From Candidatus Latescibacterota bacterium (lineage in GTDB: Bacteria > Latescibacterota > UBA2968): a stretch of DNA of 64,000 bases. Positions 50,496 to 60,018 of the stretch are shown here, piece by piece (positions within the stretch are counted from its first letter, which is position 1; every line of letters starts with the position of its first letter). The notes below the pieces were generated by a model. It worked only from the letters and a program-made list of their open reading frames with translations. It was not told where the DNA came from and searched no databases. The position numbers were made by a program, and so were the translations under genes. Where the stretch lies: positions 27,928 through 91,927 of the forward strand of contig JAYODI010000009.1 in assembly GCA_038279365.1 (NCBI GenBank), read 5' to 3'.

Positions 50496-51617
50496 TTAAA
50501 AATCAGCAATGGTCTTTTTCTGAGAACATTTCTGCATAAAAAGAATGCCCTGAATCATTTCATCTTGTGTTACATCATCACAGGCAACAATATGTCCGAT
50601 AGACTCAGGCAAAACAAAACGAATCACCCCATCACGCACTTTTTTATCATGTGACATCTTTTTTAAAATTTCTGCAACAGACAAATCCTCAGCACCACCA
50701 CAAATACCCAGTCGCGCCAACAATGCATTTTGTCGCCTAAACTCATCGGCCGACCACATCCCTTTATCTAACGCAATTTTACCAGCTGCCAACATACCCA
50801 AAACAACTGCTTCGCCATGTTTATAATATGTATAATCCGTCACCACTTCTAATGCATGCCCAATGGTGTGACCATAATTTAAGATCTCGCGCACACCTTT
50901 TTCCGTTTCATCTTCAGACACCACACCTGCTTTAATACGGCATTGTTGGCCCACCAACCAGTTGAGTTGCTCTACATCCAAGGTTAATGCAGCAGCCGCT
51001 TCAATGTGTTCCTCCAAAAATTCTACCAATTGCAAGTCACGTATCAAACCATGTTTCACCACCTCCGCCAATCCTGCACGCACCTCACGTTCGGGCAATG
51101 TTTTTAAAGTGGCCGTATCCATCAAGACCATACGTGGTTGATGAAATGCGCCAATCATATTTTTACCCAAAGCATGATCTACCGCAGTCTTGCCCCCCAC
51201 ACTGGCATCCACTTGTGCTTCTAATGTAGTCGGCACTTGAACAAAATCAATACCCCGCAAATACGTTGCAGCAACAAAACCCGCCATATCGCCCACCACA
51301 CCACCACCCAACGTCACAACACATCCCTTGCGATCAAGCCCAGCAGCTATCAACTCGCCATAAATTTTCCCTGCCGTCTCAATGGTTTTATAAGCTTCCC
51401 CATCGGGCACAGTCACCACCACCACAGAAACACCAGCCGTTTCCAAACTGTGCTTCACCACATCCAAATACAAAGCAGCAACAGTAGGATTGGTCACAAT
51501 AGCAACCGACTTACCCAAACCGCGCTCCGTATACAAAGCGCCCAAATCTTTTAAACACCCATGACCAATGACAATATCATAACTGCGTTCGTCCAATTCA
51601 ACCCGAACGATTTCCAT
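50496..51617 (-). CDS. aroB: 3-dehydroquinate synthase
   Basis: GGGVVGD, PTTL.AQVDASVGGKT, NYGHTIGHALE, HGEAV. Confidence 0.96.
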   Translation of the reverse strand: MEIVRVELDERSYDIVIGHGCLKDLGALYTERGLGKSVAIVTNPTVAALYLDVVKHSLETAGVSVVVVTVPDGEAYKTIETAGKIYGELIAAGLDRKGCVVTLGGGVVGDMAGFVAATYLRGIDFVQVPTTLEAQVDASVGGKTAVDHALGKNMIGAFHQPRMVLMDTATLKTLPEREVRAGLAEVVKHGLIRDLQLVEFLEEHIEAAAALTLDVEQLNWLVGQQCRIKAGVVSEDETEKGVREILNYGHTIGHALEVVTDYTYYKHGEAVVLGMLAAGKIALDKGMWSADEFRRQNALLARLGICGGAEDLSVAEILKKMSHDKKVRDGVIRFVLPESIGHIVACDDVTQDEMIQGILFMQKCSQKKTIADF

Positions 51618-51657
51618 GATCATCCTTTCAACAAAAAAGCGGGTCATTTAACCCGCT

Positions 51658-52200
51658 CTAATGACAAACCTTTTCAAGTGCAACCAATGCCCGCTCGGCG
51701 GTTTCTTCTGGCGAACACGTCTCCGTAGAATTGACAAATGCATCGGCCTGTTTATAAAACACATCACGCTCTTGCAACATGGTCTTAATTTTATTGCGCA
51801 ACCCATCATCATCCAACCCCATCAAAAGTGGGCGCTCATGGCGTTTGCGACTGACCCGCTCAAAAATGGTCTCAACTGATGCCGTAAAACACAAACACAC
51901 ACCCGTTTTCTGAATCACATCCCAATTTCGAGCCTGTGTAATAGCGCCCCCCCCCAACGAAACAATCACATCTGCCATTTGTGATGCTTGCAAAATGGCT
52001 TTGTGTTCCAATTCGCGAAAAACAGACTCGCCATCTTGCTCAAAAATTTCGGGAATCGACTTGCCGGTCATTTCGACAATCATCTCGTCGGTATCCACAA
52101 ACACACGCCCCAACAAAGTAGCCAACACACGCCCAACTTTGCTCTTGCCTGTGGCCATAAAGCCCGTTAAAAAAATGGGTTTATCATACAAAAAACGCAT
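51658..52200 (-). CDS. aroK: Shikimate kinase
   Basis: GFMATGKS, DTD, GESVFRELE, SLGGG, RPLL. Confidence 0.95.
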   Translation of the reverse strand: MRFLYDKPIFLTGFMATGKSKVGRVLATLLGRVFVDTDEMIVEMTGKSIPEIFEQDGESVFRELEHKAILQASQMADVIVSLGGGAITQARNWDVIQKTGVCLCFTASVETIFERVSRKRHERPLLMGLDDDGLRNKIKTMLQERDVFYKQADAFVNSTETCSPEETAERALVALEKVCH

Positions 52201-52217
52201 TACAATCTCCAGTTATC

Positions 52218-53924
52218 TTACATGCGCTCAGGTGCTTTCATACCCAATAAGGTCAACCCCGAAGCCAACACCGTCTTAATGGCATAGACCAAAGCCACAC
52301 GAGACCTTGTAACCGCTTCATCATCCGAAATCACCTGATGGGCATTATAAAAACGATTGGCCACGGTGCACAATTCTATCAAATAGTTGGCAACGGTTGA
52401 GGGTTCGTGTTCATCTGCTGCTTTTTGAATTTGTTTGGGATACCGCTCCAAACACTTAACCACCTCCAAGGTCTCTACCTCGCTCAATTTTTCAAAATCA
52501 ACTTCTTCAGGAGGCAACGCCCCTTCATATTTGCGCAATACGCTACAATAACGCGCATGGGTATATTGCACATACGGTCCCGTTTCACCATTAAAATTGA
52601 GCACCTCATCCCAATCAAATACAATATCACGTGCACGCCGAGAATCCAAATCGGCAAAAATAACGGCACCAATACCCACATCTTGTGCAATTTGTTCGCC
52701 ATCTAATAAGTCTGGGTTTTTCTCGGCAATAATCTCACGAGCCAATTCGATGGCGCGGTTCAACACATCTTCCAAAAACACAACATTGCCTTTGCGTGTA
52801 GAGGCCCCACCACCACCCTTAAAGTTTAAACGCCCAAACACCACATGCGCACACTTTTCAACCCACTTATAATCCATCAACTCCAAAACTTTGAACAATT
52901 GCTTAAAATGGAGAGATTGCGCCACATCTACCACATACAGCAATTTTTCAAATTGATATGTTTCCCAACGATATTCTGCAGCGGCCAAATCACGTGTACC
53001 GTATAATGTTGCATCGTCACTGCGCAGCGCTATCAAAGGTGGCATATCCCATTTTTCCAAATCCACAATGGTTGCCCCTTCGCTCTTCTTCAACAAATTC
53101 TTTTCTCTTAACCGTTCAATCGTAGCCGACATCTTATCTTGATAAAAGCTCTCACCCGCTATTGATTCAAACCCAATGCCCAACATTTGATACACCCGAT
53201 CAAATTCTTTAAAGCTCACATCCACACAAATTTGCCACATCCGCACCGCTTCTTCATCACCGGCTTCCAAACGTCTAAACCATTCTCGTGCCTCTTCTTC
53301 AAGCTGCGGATTGTCTTCGATTTCTTCGTGAATGCGTATATACAGTTCCAACAATTTTTTAATGGTAATATCTGTGGTCAACTCCCCTTCGCCCCAGTAA
53401 TTCCAAGCCAAAATCAACTTGGCAAACTGAGAACCCCAATCACCCAAATGATTCACACCCACCACCTGATAACCCAAGGCACGGTGAATGTTGCGCAGCG
53501 AATTGCCAATAACAGTAGAACGCAAATGATGAATCCCAAATGGTTTGGCAATATTGGGGTGTGAAAAATCAATCACCACCGTTTTGCCCTGGCCAACATT
53601 GCTGTAGCCAAAGGAATCGCCTTCTTGTAAAATTTGGGACAGTGTTTCGCCAACAAAACTGCTCTTGCGCACAAAAAAGTTCAAATATGGTCCGATCGGT
53701 TTTGCCTGAGCAATACGATCTCCTACTTGAATTTTTTCAGCCAACTCTTGGGCAATCACATTAGGTGCTTTGCGAAATGTTTTGGCCAATGTAAAACATG
53801 GAAATGCATAATCGCCCATCTCTGGCTTGGGCGGTGTTTCCATCATTACAACCACATCATCTGCCCCCAAACCCGTTGCTTGTGCAACTTGGTGAGCAAT
53901 TTCATCTACAAAAGGATTCGACAC
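52218..53924 (-). CDS. argS: Arginine--tRNA ligase
   Basis: GDYAFPCF, PNIAKP...HLRST, HLGDWG, GETGPYVQYTHAR, PERM. Confidence 0.96.
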   Translation of the reverse strand: MSNPFVDEIAHQVAQATGLGADDVVVMMETPPKPEMGDYAFPCFTLAKTFRKAPNVIAQELAEKIQVGDRIAQAKPIGPYLNFFVRKSSFVGETLSQILQEGDSFGYSNVGQGKTVVIDFSHPNIAKPFGIHHLRSTVIGNSLRNIHRALGYQVVGVNHLGDWGSQFAKLILAWNYWGEGELTTDITIKKLLELYIRIHEEIEDNPQLEEEAREWFRRLEAGDEEAVRMWQICVDVSFKEFDRVYQMLGIGFESIAGESFYQDKMSATIERLREKNLLKKSEGATIVDLEKWDMPPLIALRSDDATLYGTRDLAAAEYRWETYQFEKLLYVVDVAQSLHFKQLFKVLELMDYKWVEKCAHVVFGRLNFKGGGGASTRKGNVVFLEDVLNRAIELAREIIAEKNPDLLDGEQIAQDVGIGAVIFADLDSRRARDIVFDWDEVLNFNGETGPYVQYTHARYCSVLRKYEGALPPEEVDFEKLSEVETLEVVKCLERYPKQIQKAADEHEPSTVANYLIELCTVANRFYNAHQVISDDEAVTRSRVALVYAIKTVLASGLTLLGMKAPERM

Positions 53925-53945
53925 AATAAAACTCCCTTAAAAACC

Positions 53946-54026
53946 CGTGAGATGACAAATAGGCCCAAGCATAAACCCACGTGATTGGATTGTTTTTTGC
54001 CATCTCACATTTGCCATTTTCTTGCC
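53946..54026. repeat. Short bipartite inverted 7-nt element
   Basis: cgtgaga tgacaaa ... tttgcca tctcaca tttgcca; shares a 16-nt core with the 34282 element in the opposite orientation. Confidence 0.75.
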
Positions 54027-54029
54027 TTA

Positions 54030-54500
54030 TCATTTCAAAATATTCAACTCCAAAATTTCTTGCACATCTGACTTGACCTGCTGAGGAATACGAAAACGAT
54101 GTTTTCGATGTTTTGTGATGAGCACCACATCGCGCTCATCTAACCACTCATATCCCGAAATGTGTTGCCAAGACAAAAAACGCATCCCCATCAACACCCC
54201 GCGCGTACTCAGGGTCACACGGATATTGACATAGGCCAAATAAAAAAACTCTAAAGACAACAAAAAACCAAATATTTGAGGCACCAGGCCCACACCATAA
54301 GAACTTGCGGCACCGCGAAACAAAACCACGCCTCCCATGACAACCAACAATGCATTCCAACGTTTTTGCAAAAAGACAACAATGGGTGCGGGGCTGTCCT
54401 GCACCAACCTTCGAAGTTTCCAATAAGCAACGATGGAGGCCCCCAACATCAACGGAGCCAAAACCAACACGGCTTGCATCATCCACAAAGGCATGGGCAT
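54030..54500 (-). CDS. Hypothetical membrane protein (possibly DUF5673/PH-like)
   Basis: Three hydrophobic segments followed by GV......W..I.GYEW. Confidence 0.7.
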   Translation of the reverse strand: MPMPLWMMQAVLVLAPLMLGASIVAYWKLRRLVQDSPAPIVVFLQKRWNALLVVMGGVVLFRGAASSYGVGLVPQIFGFLLSLEFFYLAYVNIRVTLSTRGVLMGMRFLSWQHISGYEWLDERDVVLITKHRKHRFRIPQQVKSDVQEILELNILK

Positions 54501-54516
54501 CCAATCCGTTTAAAAC

Positions 54517-55239
54517 CTAATGCTTATGTGCAAGATAAATGGTTGCAATCCCAAACGTCAAACGAAATGCCTGAACCTGAGAAAAGCCTGCCTCTTCCAA
54601 ACGCCTACAAAACTCTGGACCTTCCGGAAAACGCATCACCGACTCATACAAATAATGATACGCACTTGCATCACGCGAAATTATTTTCCCAATACGTGGC
54701 AAAACCCACTTAAAATAAAAATTATAAATCCCACGAAAAAGTGGCGCACTGGGGCGTGAAAATTCCAAAATTGCAGCCCGTCCACCGGGTTTAATGACCC
54801 GAAACATTTCTTGTAATGCTGGTTCCAAATTGGCCACATTGCGAATGCCAAAACCAATGGTTAAACCATCAAATAAGGCACTTGGAAAAGGCAAATGCTC
54901 CCCATCGCCGCACAAAAAAGTAAGCGCATCTGATCGAGCAGGGTTTTTGCCCACACCTTTGCGCAACATCGGCACCGACAAATCAACGCCAATCACCTCA
55001 ATGTCTGCACTGCGCTTAGCCGACTCAAAACCCAAATCACCAGTACCAGTTGCCAAATCCAAAATACGCCAATGTGAACCGGGCTGCAGTTTATCAACCG
55101 TTTTTTTACGCCAAACAATATCAATACCCAAACTCAATACATGATTGAGCAAATCATACGTACCCGCAATCCCATCAAACATACGCCGCACAAACACGCG
55201 CTTGGCTTCGGGTTTTATCAACACATCGCGATCAACCAC
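54517..55239 (-). CDS. ubiE: Demethylmenaquinone methyltransferase UbiE/MenG
   Basis: MFDGIAGTYDLLNHVLSLG, LDLATGTGD, FGIRNV, LEFS, YHYLYES. Confidence 0.93.
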   Translation of the reverse strand: MVDRDVLIKPEAKRVFVRRMFDGIAGTYDLLNHVLSLGIDIVWRKKTVDKLQPGSHWRILDLATGTGDLGFESAKRSADIEVIGVDLSVPMLRKGVGKNPARSDALTFLCGDGEHLPFPSALFDGLTIGFGIRNVANLEPALQEMFRVIKPGGRAAILEFSRPSAPLFRGIYNFYFKWVLPRIGKIISRDASAYHYLYESVMRFPEGPEFCRRLEEAGFSQVQAFRLTFGIATIYLAHKH

Positions 55240-55295
55240 AAAAAATCCTTCCCTGACACAAATCGAATCGTTTCGCCCAGTCCACATATTCCGTT

Positions 55296-56162
55296 TTAAG
55301 CTTCAAAGCGCTTAACCACCACTTTTTTCATCACATCCACAGGGGGCATTGTGCCTGTCCATATTTCAAACGAACGTGCACCTTGGTAAACCAACATATC
55401 CAACCCACCAAATGCCGCCGCACCCACAGACTTAAAGGCACGCATCAACGCTGTTTCCAATGGATTAAACACCGTATCATACAAAACCATATCCGGATGC
55501 ACCGCCTTTATGTCAGCCAAGGGAGACGCATCTACGTTGGGGTACATGCCCAAAGACGTTGTGTTGACCACCAAACCCGCATCTGCAAATGTGCGGGTTT
55601 GCGCATCAGCATCCATCCCCCCCACCAAGATTGTCTTTCCCGTGATCTTTTCCATATCCACAGCCAAAGCCTCAGCGCGTTTCGTCGTTCGGTTTAACAA
55701 CGTCACACGCTTCACCTGAGCTTGATTGCCCAAAGCATAGGTCACCGCTCTTGCAGCCCCACCTGCGCCCAGAACCACACAATGTTCAGGAAAAGTTGTC
55801 ACGCCTGCTATTTCATGCAACGCAGTCAGCACACCATACACATCGGTATTATATCCAACCAATTCACCATCTTCATGTGAAATGGTATTTACCGCTCCCA
55901 CAGCCAACGCTTCTTCAGAAATGCGATCCATATGTTCCATCACGGCCAACTTATGGGGAATGGTCACATTCAAACCGCGAATATTTAAACCACGCAAACC
56001 GCGCATCGCATCCCCAACACGATCAGGCAAAACATGAAAGGCTGTATAACAATAATCCAACCCCAAAGCCGAAATGGCAGCATTGTGCATGTCGGGAGAA
56101 AACGAATGCGCCACCGGGTGCCCGATGACGCCTAAAACTTGGCTCGTTGCACGAATGTTCAA
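55296..56162 (-). CDS. aroE: Shikimate dehydrogenase
   Basis: HSFSP.MHN, NVTIPHK, AVNT, NTD, GAGGAARA, MLVYQG; TTG start after AAAGGAG. Confidence 0.95.
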   Translation of the reverse strand: MNIRATSQVLGVIGHPVAHSFSPDMHNAAISALGLDYCYTAFHVLPDRVGDAMRGLRGLNIRGLNVTIPHKLAVMEHMDRISEEALAVGAVNTISHEDGELVGYNTDVYGVLTALHEIAGVTTFPEHCVVLGAGGAARAVTYALGNQAQVKRVTLLNRTTKRAEALAVDMEKITGKTILVGGMDADAQTRTFADAGLVVNTTSLGMYPNVDASPLADIKAVHPDMVLYDTVFNPLETALMRAFKSVGAAAFGGLDMLVYQGARSFEIWTGTMPPVDVMKKVVVKRFEA

Positions 56163-56192
56163 ACGTCGCTCCTTTAATCACTAAAAAACAAA

Positions 56193-56264
56193 CGGCAAAT
56201 GGCAGACGCAACCGTGAAATTTAAAAACATACTTTTGCCATTTCACGGTTGCCGTTTGCCTGCC
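56193..56264. repeat. Bipartite inverted 7-nt element
   Basis: cggcaaa tggcaga ... cgtgaaa / tttgcca tttcacg gttgccg tttgcc; perfect 13-bp stem 56208-56220/56240-56252. Confidence 0.8.
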
Positions 56265-56266
56265 TT

Positions 56267-56407
56267 TTATCCCAACAAATCATTGACAAATTCATCGGCT
56301 ATATCAAAGCTCTCTTTCCAAGAGCAATCATAGGTATACCGAATAAATAACACCCCACCCAAAATCACGACCAATATCCACACGGCCAACTTAAACAATA
56401 CTTTCAT
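56267..56407 (-). CDS. Small single-TM protein (46 aa)
   Basis: MKVLFKLAVWILVVILGGVLFIRYTY...; AGAGGTG RBS overlapping the aroA-like stop. Confidence 0.7.
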   Translation of the reverse strand: MKVLFKLAVWILVVILGGVLFIRYTYDCSWKESFDIADEFVNDLLG

Positions 56408-56411
56408 AGTG

Positions 56412-57710
56412 TCACCTCTTTGCGTTAACAACGGTTTCCAAACACGAAAACAGCTCCGCAAAATCTTCTGTCATGGATCCCACATTGGCAATTTGCGTTT
56501 CACCCTCAGCCACCAAACCTGCCAAAGCCAAAGCCATTCCCACTCGCGTATCCCCGCCCGCATCCAATTCAGCCCCCTGCAATGAAACAGGCCCTTGCAC
56601 GACCAAACCATCTGGCATTTCGCCCACTTTGGCACCCAACCGACGCAAATTATCAGCCATAAGTGCCAAACTATCGGTAGAACCTTCGCGCAATTTTTGC
56701 GCATCGCGAATAACCGTTTCACCAGCAGCTTGCGAACCCAGCACAGCTAAAAAAGGAACTTCATTCAAAAACAACGCGGTTTGCTCACCTCCAATACGCG
56801 TTCTGCGCAACTCAGAGGGTTTGGCAGTAACGGTGCGTATCGCAAATTTTGATTCGGAGCGTGCCACCTGAATATCGAGCTGGGCATTAAAACGCCGCAA
56901 CAATTCCAATGCCCGACGCGTTTTCCAATCGTGCCCCACATAATGCAACACCAATTCAGAACGTGGTAACATCGCAGCAACACCCAACAAATAAAGTGCC
57001 GCATCTGGGTCACCTGGCAAATCGTGCAACACACCTTGTGGTGCACGATCACCCGTCATGACCAAATGATAGCCTTCTTTGCCCACTTCTTTTTCTTTTT
57101 CAAAACCAATACCCGCAGTTTTCAACAGCACTTCAAAATCATCATCACCAGCAGCATTTTGTGCCAAATGCACATCACCCGAAGCATCTAAGCCTGCCAA
57201 AAAAAATGCAGCCTTCACAACAGAATCGGGTTCCTCAATCGCATGCTTTGCACCCATCAAGGGTTTTCCACCTACACCAATAAGACATGCCCCATCCGTA
57301 GATTTTTCAATCTGAGCACCCAATGCTTCAAGTGCGGCAATCACACCCTGAGTCTCAACTTGGCCTTCAAACTTCGTCTGGAAATCGGCACCCGCAGTCA
57401 GGCCTGCCAAACACCCCAACAACCATTCAGACTGGCCTACTTGAACAGATTCATTCAGCGCCTGAAGTGTGTTCCCGCCCACCACCACACCCGCATCACT
57501 TTGTGTAATCGCAACGCCCATTTGTGTCAATGCAGTAATCAAAGGCGTTACTTCTGGGCGTCGCGAACAATGGCGAATCACCGACTCCCCAGCACTTTTG
57601 GCCGCCAATGCCAAAGCCATAAGTGACACATTGGGGTTACCTGGTGTGTCACATTCGCCCACCAACCCTCGTGCTTTATGGCTCACATATCCCATCACAT
57701 CTTGCACCAT
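56412..57710 (-). CDS. EPSP synthase (AroA)-fold protein with degenerate active site
   Basis: Collinear with class II AroA (VKAAFFLAGL, LPGD, GETVIRDA..LR, LRRLGA..EMPDGL, D.R.GMALA); follows tyrA; catalytic motifs replaced. Confidence 0.85.
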   Translation of the reverse strand: MVQDVMGYVSHKARGLVGECDTPGNPNVSLMALALAAKSAGESVIRHCSRRPEVTPLITALTQMGVAITQSDAGVVVGGNTLQALNESVQVGQSEWLLGCLAGLTAGADFQTKFEGQVETQGVIAALEALGAQIEKSTDGACLIGVGGKPLMGAKHAIEEPDSVVKAAFFLAGLDASGDVHLAQNAAGDDDFEVLLKTAGIGFEKEKEVGKEGYHLVMTGDRAPQGVLHDLPGDPDAALYLLGVAAMLPRSELVLHYVGHDWKTRRALELLRRFNAQLDIQVARSESKFAIRTVTAKPSELRRTRIGGEQTALFLNEVPFLAVLGSQAAGETVIRDAQKLREGSTDSLALMADNLRRLGAKVGEMPDGLVVQGPVSLQGAELDAGGDTRVGMALALAGLVAEGETQIANVGSMTEDFAELFSCLETVVNAKR

Positions 57711-57723
57711 ACCCCATCACTCC

Positions 57724-58833
57724 CTATCGCAATCGAACTTGATAACCTGCGGCACTCAAAATAGACACCGCTTGTTCTGCATCTGCCTGTTTGCCAAACC
57801 CCATACGAATGGTACCACCCTCCCCTTCACGCACTTTCAGCACTTCAATATCTTCAATATTAACACCCGCATTGGCCAAGCGAGAAGATGAATCTGCAAT
57901 CACTCCAGGTTTGTCTTCTGCCACCATTAAAACTTCATGGAGTGGGTGCAAAAAACCCTTAGAGTCTTTTGGTATGCCATTTCGAATTTCATTGGCAAAG
58001 GCAAAGTTCTCCGCCAATGCCTCATGATCAACTTTATCGCGAAGAGCGACCAATTCATCAATATAAGCATCCAACATGGTTTGAATTGGCCCTGTATTGG
58101 TCTGGCAAATATCTCGCCACATTGAAAATGGGCTCGATGCAATACGCGTCAAGTCTCTAAACCCCCCCGCCGCCATTTGCAGTGGCAACCCATCTGCCTG
58201 ATTAAGTCGCCCAACCAAATTCACCAATGATGTCGCAATCATTTGTGGCAAATGGCTAACAGCAGCGGCCACACGATCATGCGTTTCAGCATCCATGTGC
58301 ATGGGGCGCGCGCCCAAACAACGTATCAATTTTACCATCGCATCAACCGAAGCATCGGGCACATCTTTGGCCGGTGTTAAAACATACAAAGCATTCTCAA
58401 ACAAAAAAGGATCTGCGGCACCCACACCACTTTTTTCAGACCCAGCCATCGGGTGCCCACCCACAAAATAAACATCTTTGCGTTTACAAGCTTCGGCTTT
58501 TTGCACCAACGCACGCTTCGTACTGCCCACATCACTCACCACACATCCGACAGGCACGGCATCCATCACTTGGGGCAATTGTTCCAATATACGAGAGATA
58601 GGCGCACACAAAAAAACCAAATCGGCGTCTTTTACCCCATCACCAAGCGCGTCATAATCAAATCCTGTATCAATCACACCCAACGCTTGTGCTTCTTTTA
58701 AGGTTTCAGCTCGGCTGACTCCTATAATTTTTCGCCCAATGCCCAAACGCTTAAGCGCCAACCCAAGCGACCCACCGATAAGGCCAATACCAATGAGCAC
58801 AATGGTCGCATTTTTAAATGGAGGATCTGTCAT
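57724..58833 (-). CDS. tyrA: Prephenate dehydrogenase with C-terminal ACT domain
   Basis: GIGLIGGS, DVGSTK, GGHPMAGSE, HD...A.VSHLP, GGFRDLTRIASS; EDKPGVI ACT motif. Confidence 0.93.
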   Translation of the reverse strand: MTDPPFKNATIVLIGIGLIGGSLGLALKRLGIGRKIIGVSRAETLKEAQALGVIDTGFDYDALGDGVKDADLVFLCAPISRILEQLPQVMDAVPVGCVVSDVGSTKRALVQKAEACKRKDVYFVGGHPMAGSEKSGVGAADPFLFENALYVLTPAKDVPDASVDAMVKLIRCLGARPMHMDAETHDRVAAAVSHLPQMIATSLVNLVGRLNQADGLPLQMAAGGFRDLTRIASSPFSMWRDICQTNTGPIQTMLDAYIDELVALRDKVDHEALAENFAFANEIRNGIPKDSKGFLHPLHEVLMVAEDKPGVIADSSSRLANAGVNIEDIEVLKVREGEGGTIRMGFGKQADAEQAVSILSAAGYQVRLR

Positions 58834-58966
58834 AAGAGATTCAAAAACCTAAATGTAAAATTGAAAAACCAAACCCTTTTTGCATTTTTTACATGCACAC
58901 AGGCAAAGCCCACAATAAACGGAGTGAACCCACCCTATAATATAAGTAACTCTACATTTTCATCGC

Positions 58967-59992
58967 CTAAACCGCGTCGGCCAATTCTTTCACAAACACT
59001 TCCGAATCTTCCCACCCCAAGCATGGGTCTGTAATGGACTTTCCAAATACACCCCCTTCAGGTTTTTGATTCCCTTCTACCAAATAACTTTCAACCATCA
59101 AACCACGCACAGTCTTTTGAACCAACTCAGAATGACGACGACTGCGCATCACTTCCAAACCAATGCGGGGTTGCTCTTGAAAATTCTTATTGGAATTGTT
59201 GTGATTGGTATCCACCACAATGGTCGGGTTGACCAACTTGCGATCCATATATTGCTCAGAAATATACATCAAATCTTCATAATGATAATTGGCAATGCTA
59301 CGCCCACCAAACAACAACCCACGCAACACCGCATGTGCAAGCGGATTGCCCGAAGTGGCAACTTCCCATCCGTTATAAACAAATACATGAGGCACTTGTG
59401 CGGCATAAATGGCATTGAACATCACATCCAAATCGCCACCTGTTGGGTTTTTCATACCCACGGGTGATTCAACACCACTGACCGTTAAACGATGGTTTTG
59501 GTTTTCAACAGAGCGGGCACCCACAGCAATATAGCTCAACAAATCTTCTACATATGGCAAGTTAGACGGATACAACATTTCATCTGCGCCCGTTAAATCT
59601 GATTCTTTCATCGCACGAATATGCATTTGACGAATCGATTTGATGCCCGCAACAATATTGGGTTCTTTCTCTGGGTCGGGTTGGTGTGCCATCCCCTTAT
59701 ACCCTTCACCTGTGGTACGGGGTTTGTTGGTATAAATACGAGGCACCAAAACCAATTTATCGGCCACCTCTTCTTGCAACTTAGCCAAGCGGCTTACATA
59801 CTCACAAACGGCATCTTCATTGTGTGCCGAGCAAGGGCCAATAATCAATAAAAATTTATCGCTCTTGCGTTCAAAAATAGCACGAACTTCCGCATCGCGT
59901 TTTGCCTTTAACACCTTCAAATCTTCAGGCATCGGAATTTCTGCTTGTATTTCTTCAGCACTGGGAATGGGCTGAATGCGTTTGAAACTCAT
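58967..59992 (-). CDS. aroF: DAHP synthase class I-alpha
   Basis: IGPCS, KPRTTGEGYKG, VGARS, GMKNPT, MVESYL, SITDPCLGW. Confidence 0.93.
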   Translation of the reverse strand: MSFKRIQPIPSAEEIQAEIPMPEDLKVLKAKRDAEVRAIFERKSDKFLLIIGPCSAHNEDAVCEYVSRLAKLQEEVADKLVLVPRIYTNKPRTTGEGYKGMAHQPDPEKEPNIVAGIKSIRQMHIRAMKESDLTGADEMLYPSNLPYVEDLLSYIAVGARSVENQNHRLTVSGVESPVGMKNPTGGDLDVMFNAIYAAQVPHVFVYNGWEVATSGNPLAHAVLRGLLFGGRSIANYHYEDLMYISEQYMDRKLVNPTIVVDTNHNNSNKNFQEQPRIGLEVMRSRRHSELVQKTVRGLMVESYLVEGNQKPEGGVFGKSITDPCLGWEDSEVFVKELADAV

Positions 59993-60018
59993 ACGTCTTA
60001 CCCCTTATAAAAATGACA

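Noticed and set aside
53519-53560. ArgRS HIGH motif reading GIHH
   Set aside because: This motif varies among ArgRS enzymes and the rest of the protein is intact, so it is not evidence of inactivity.
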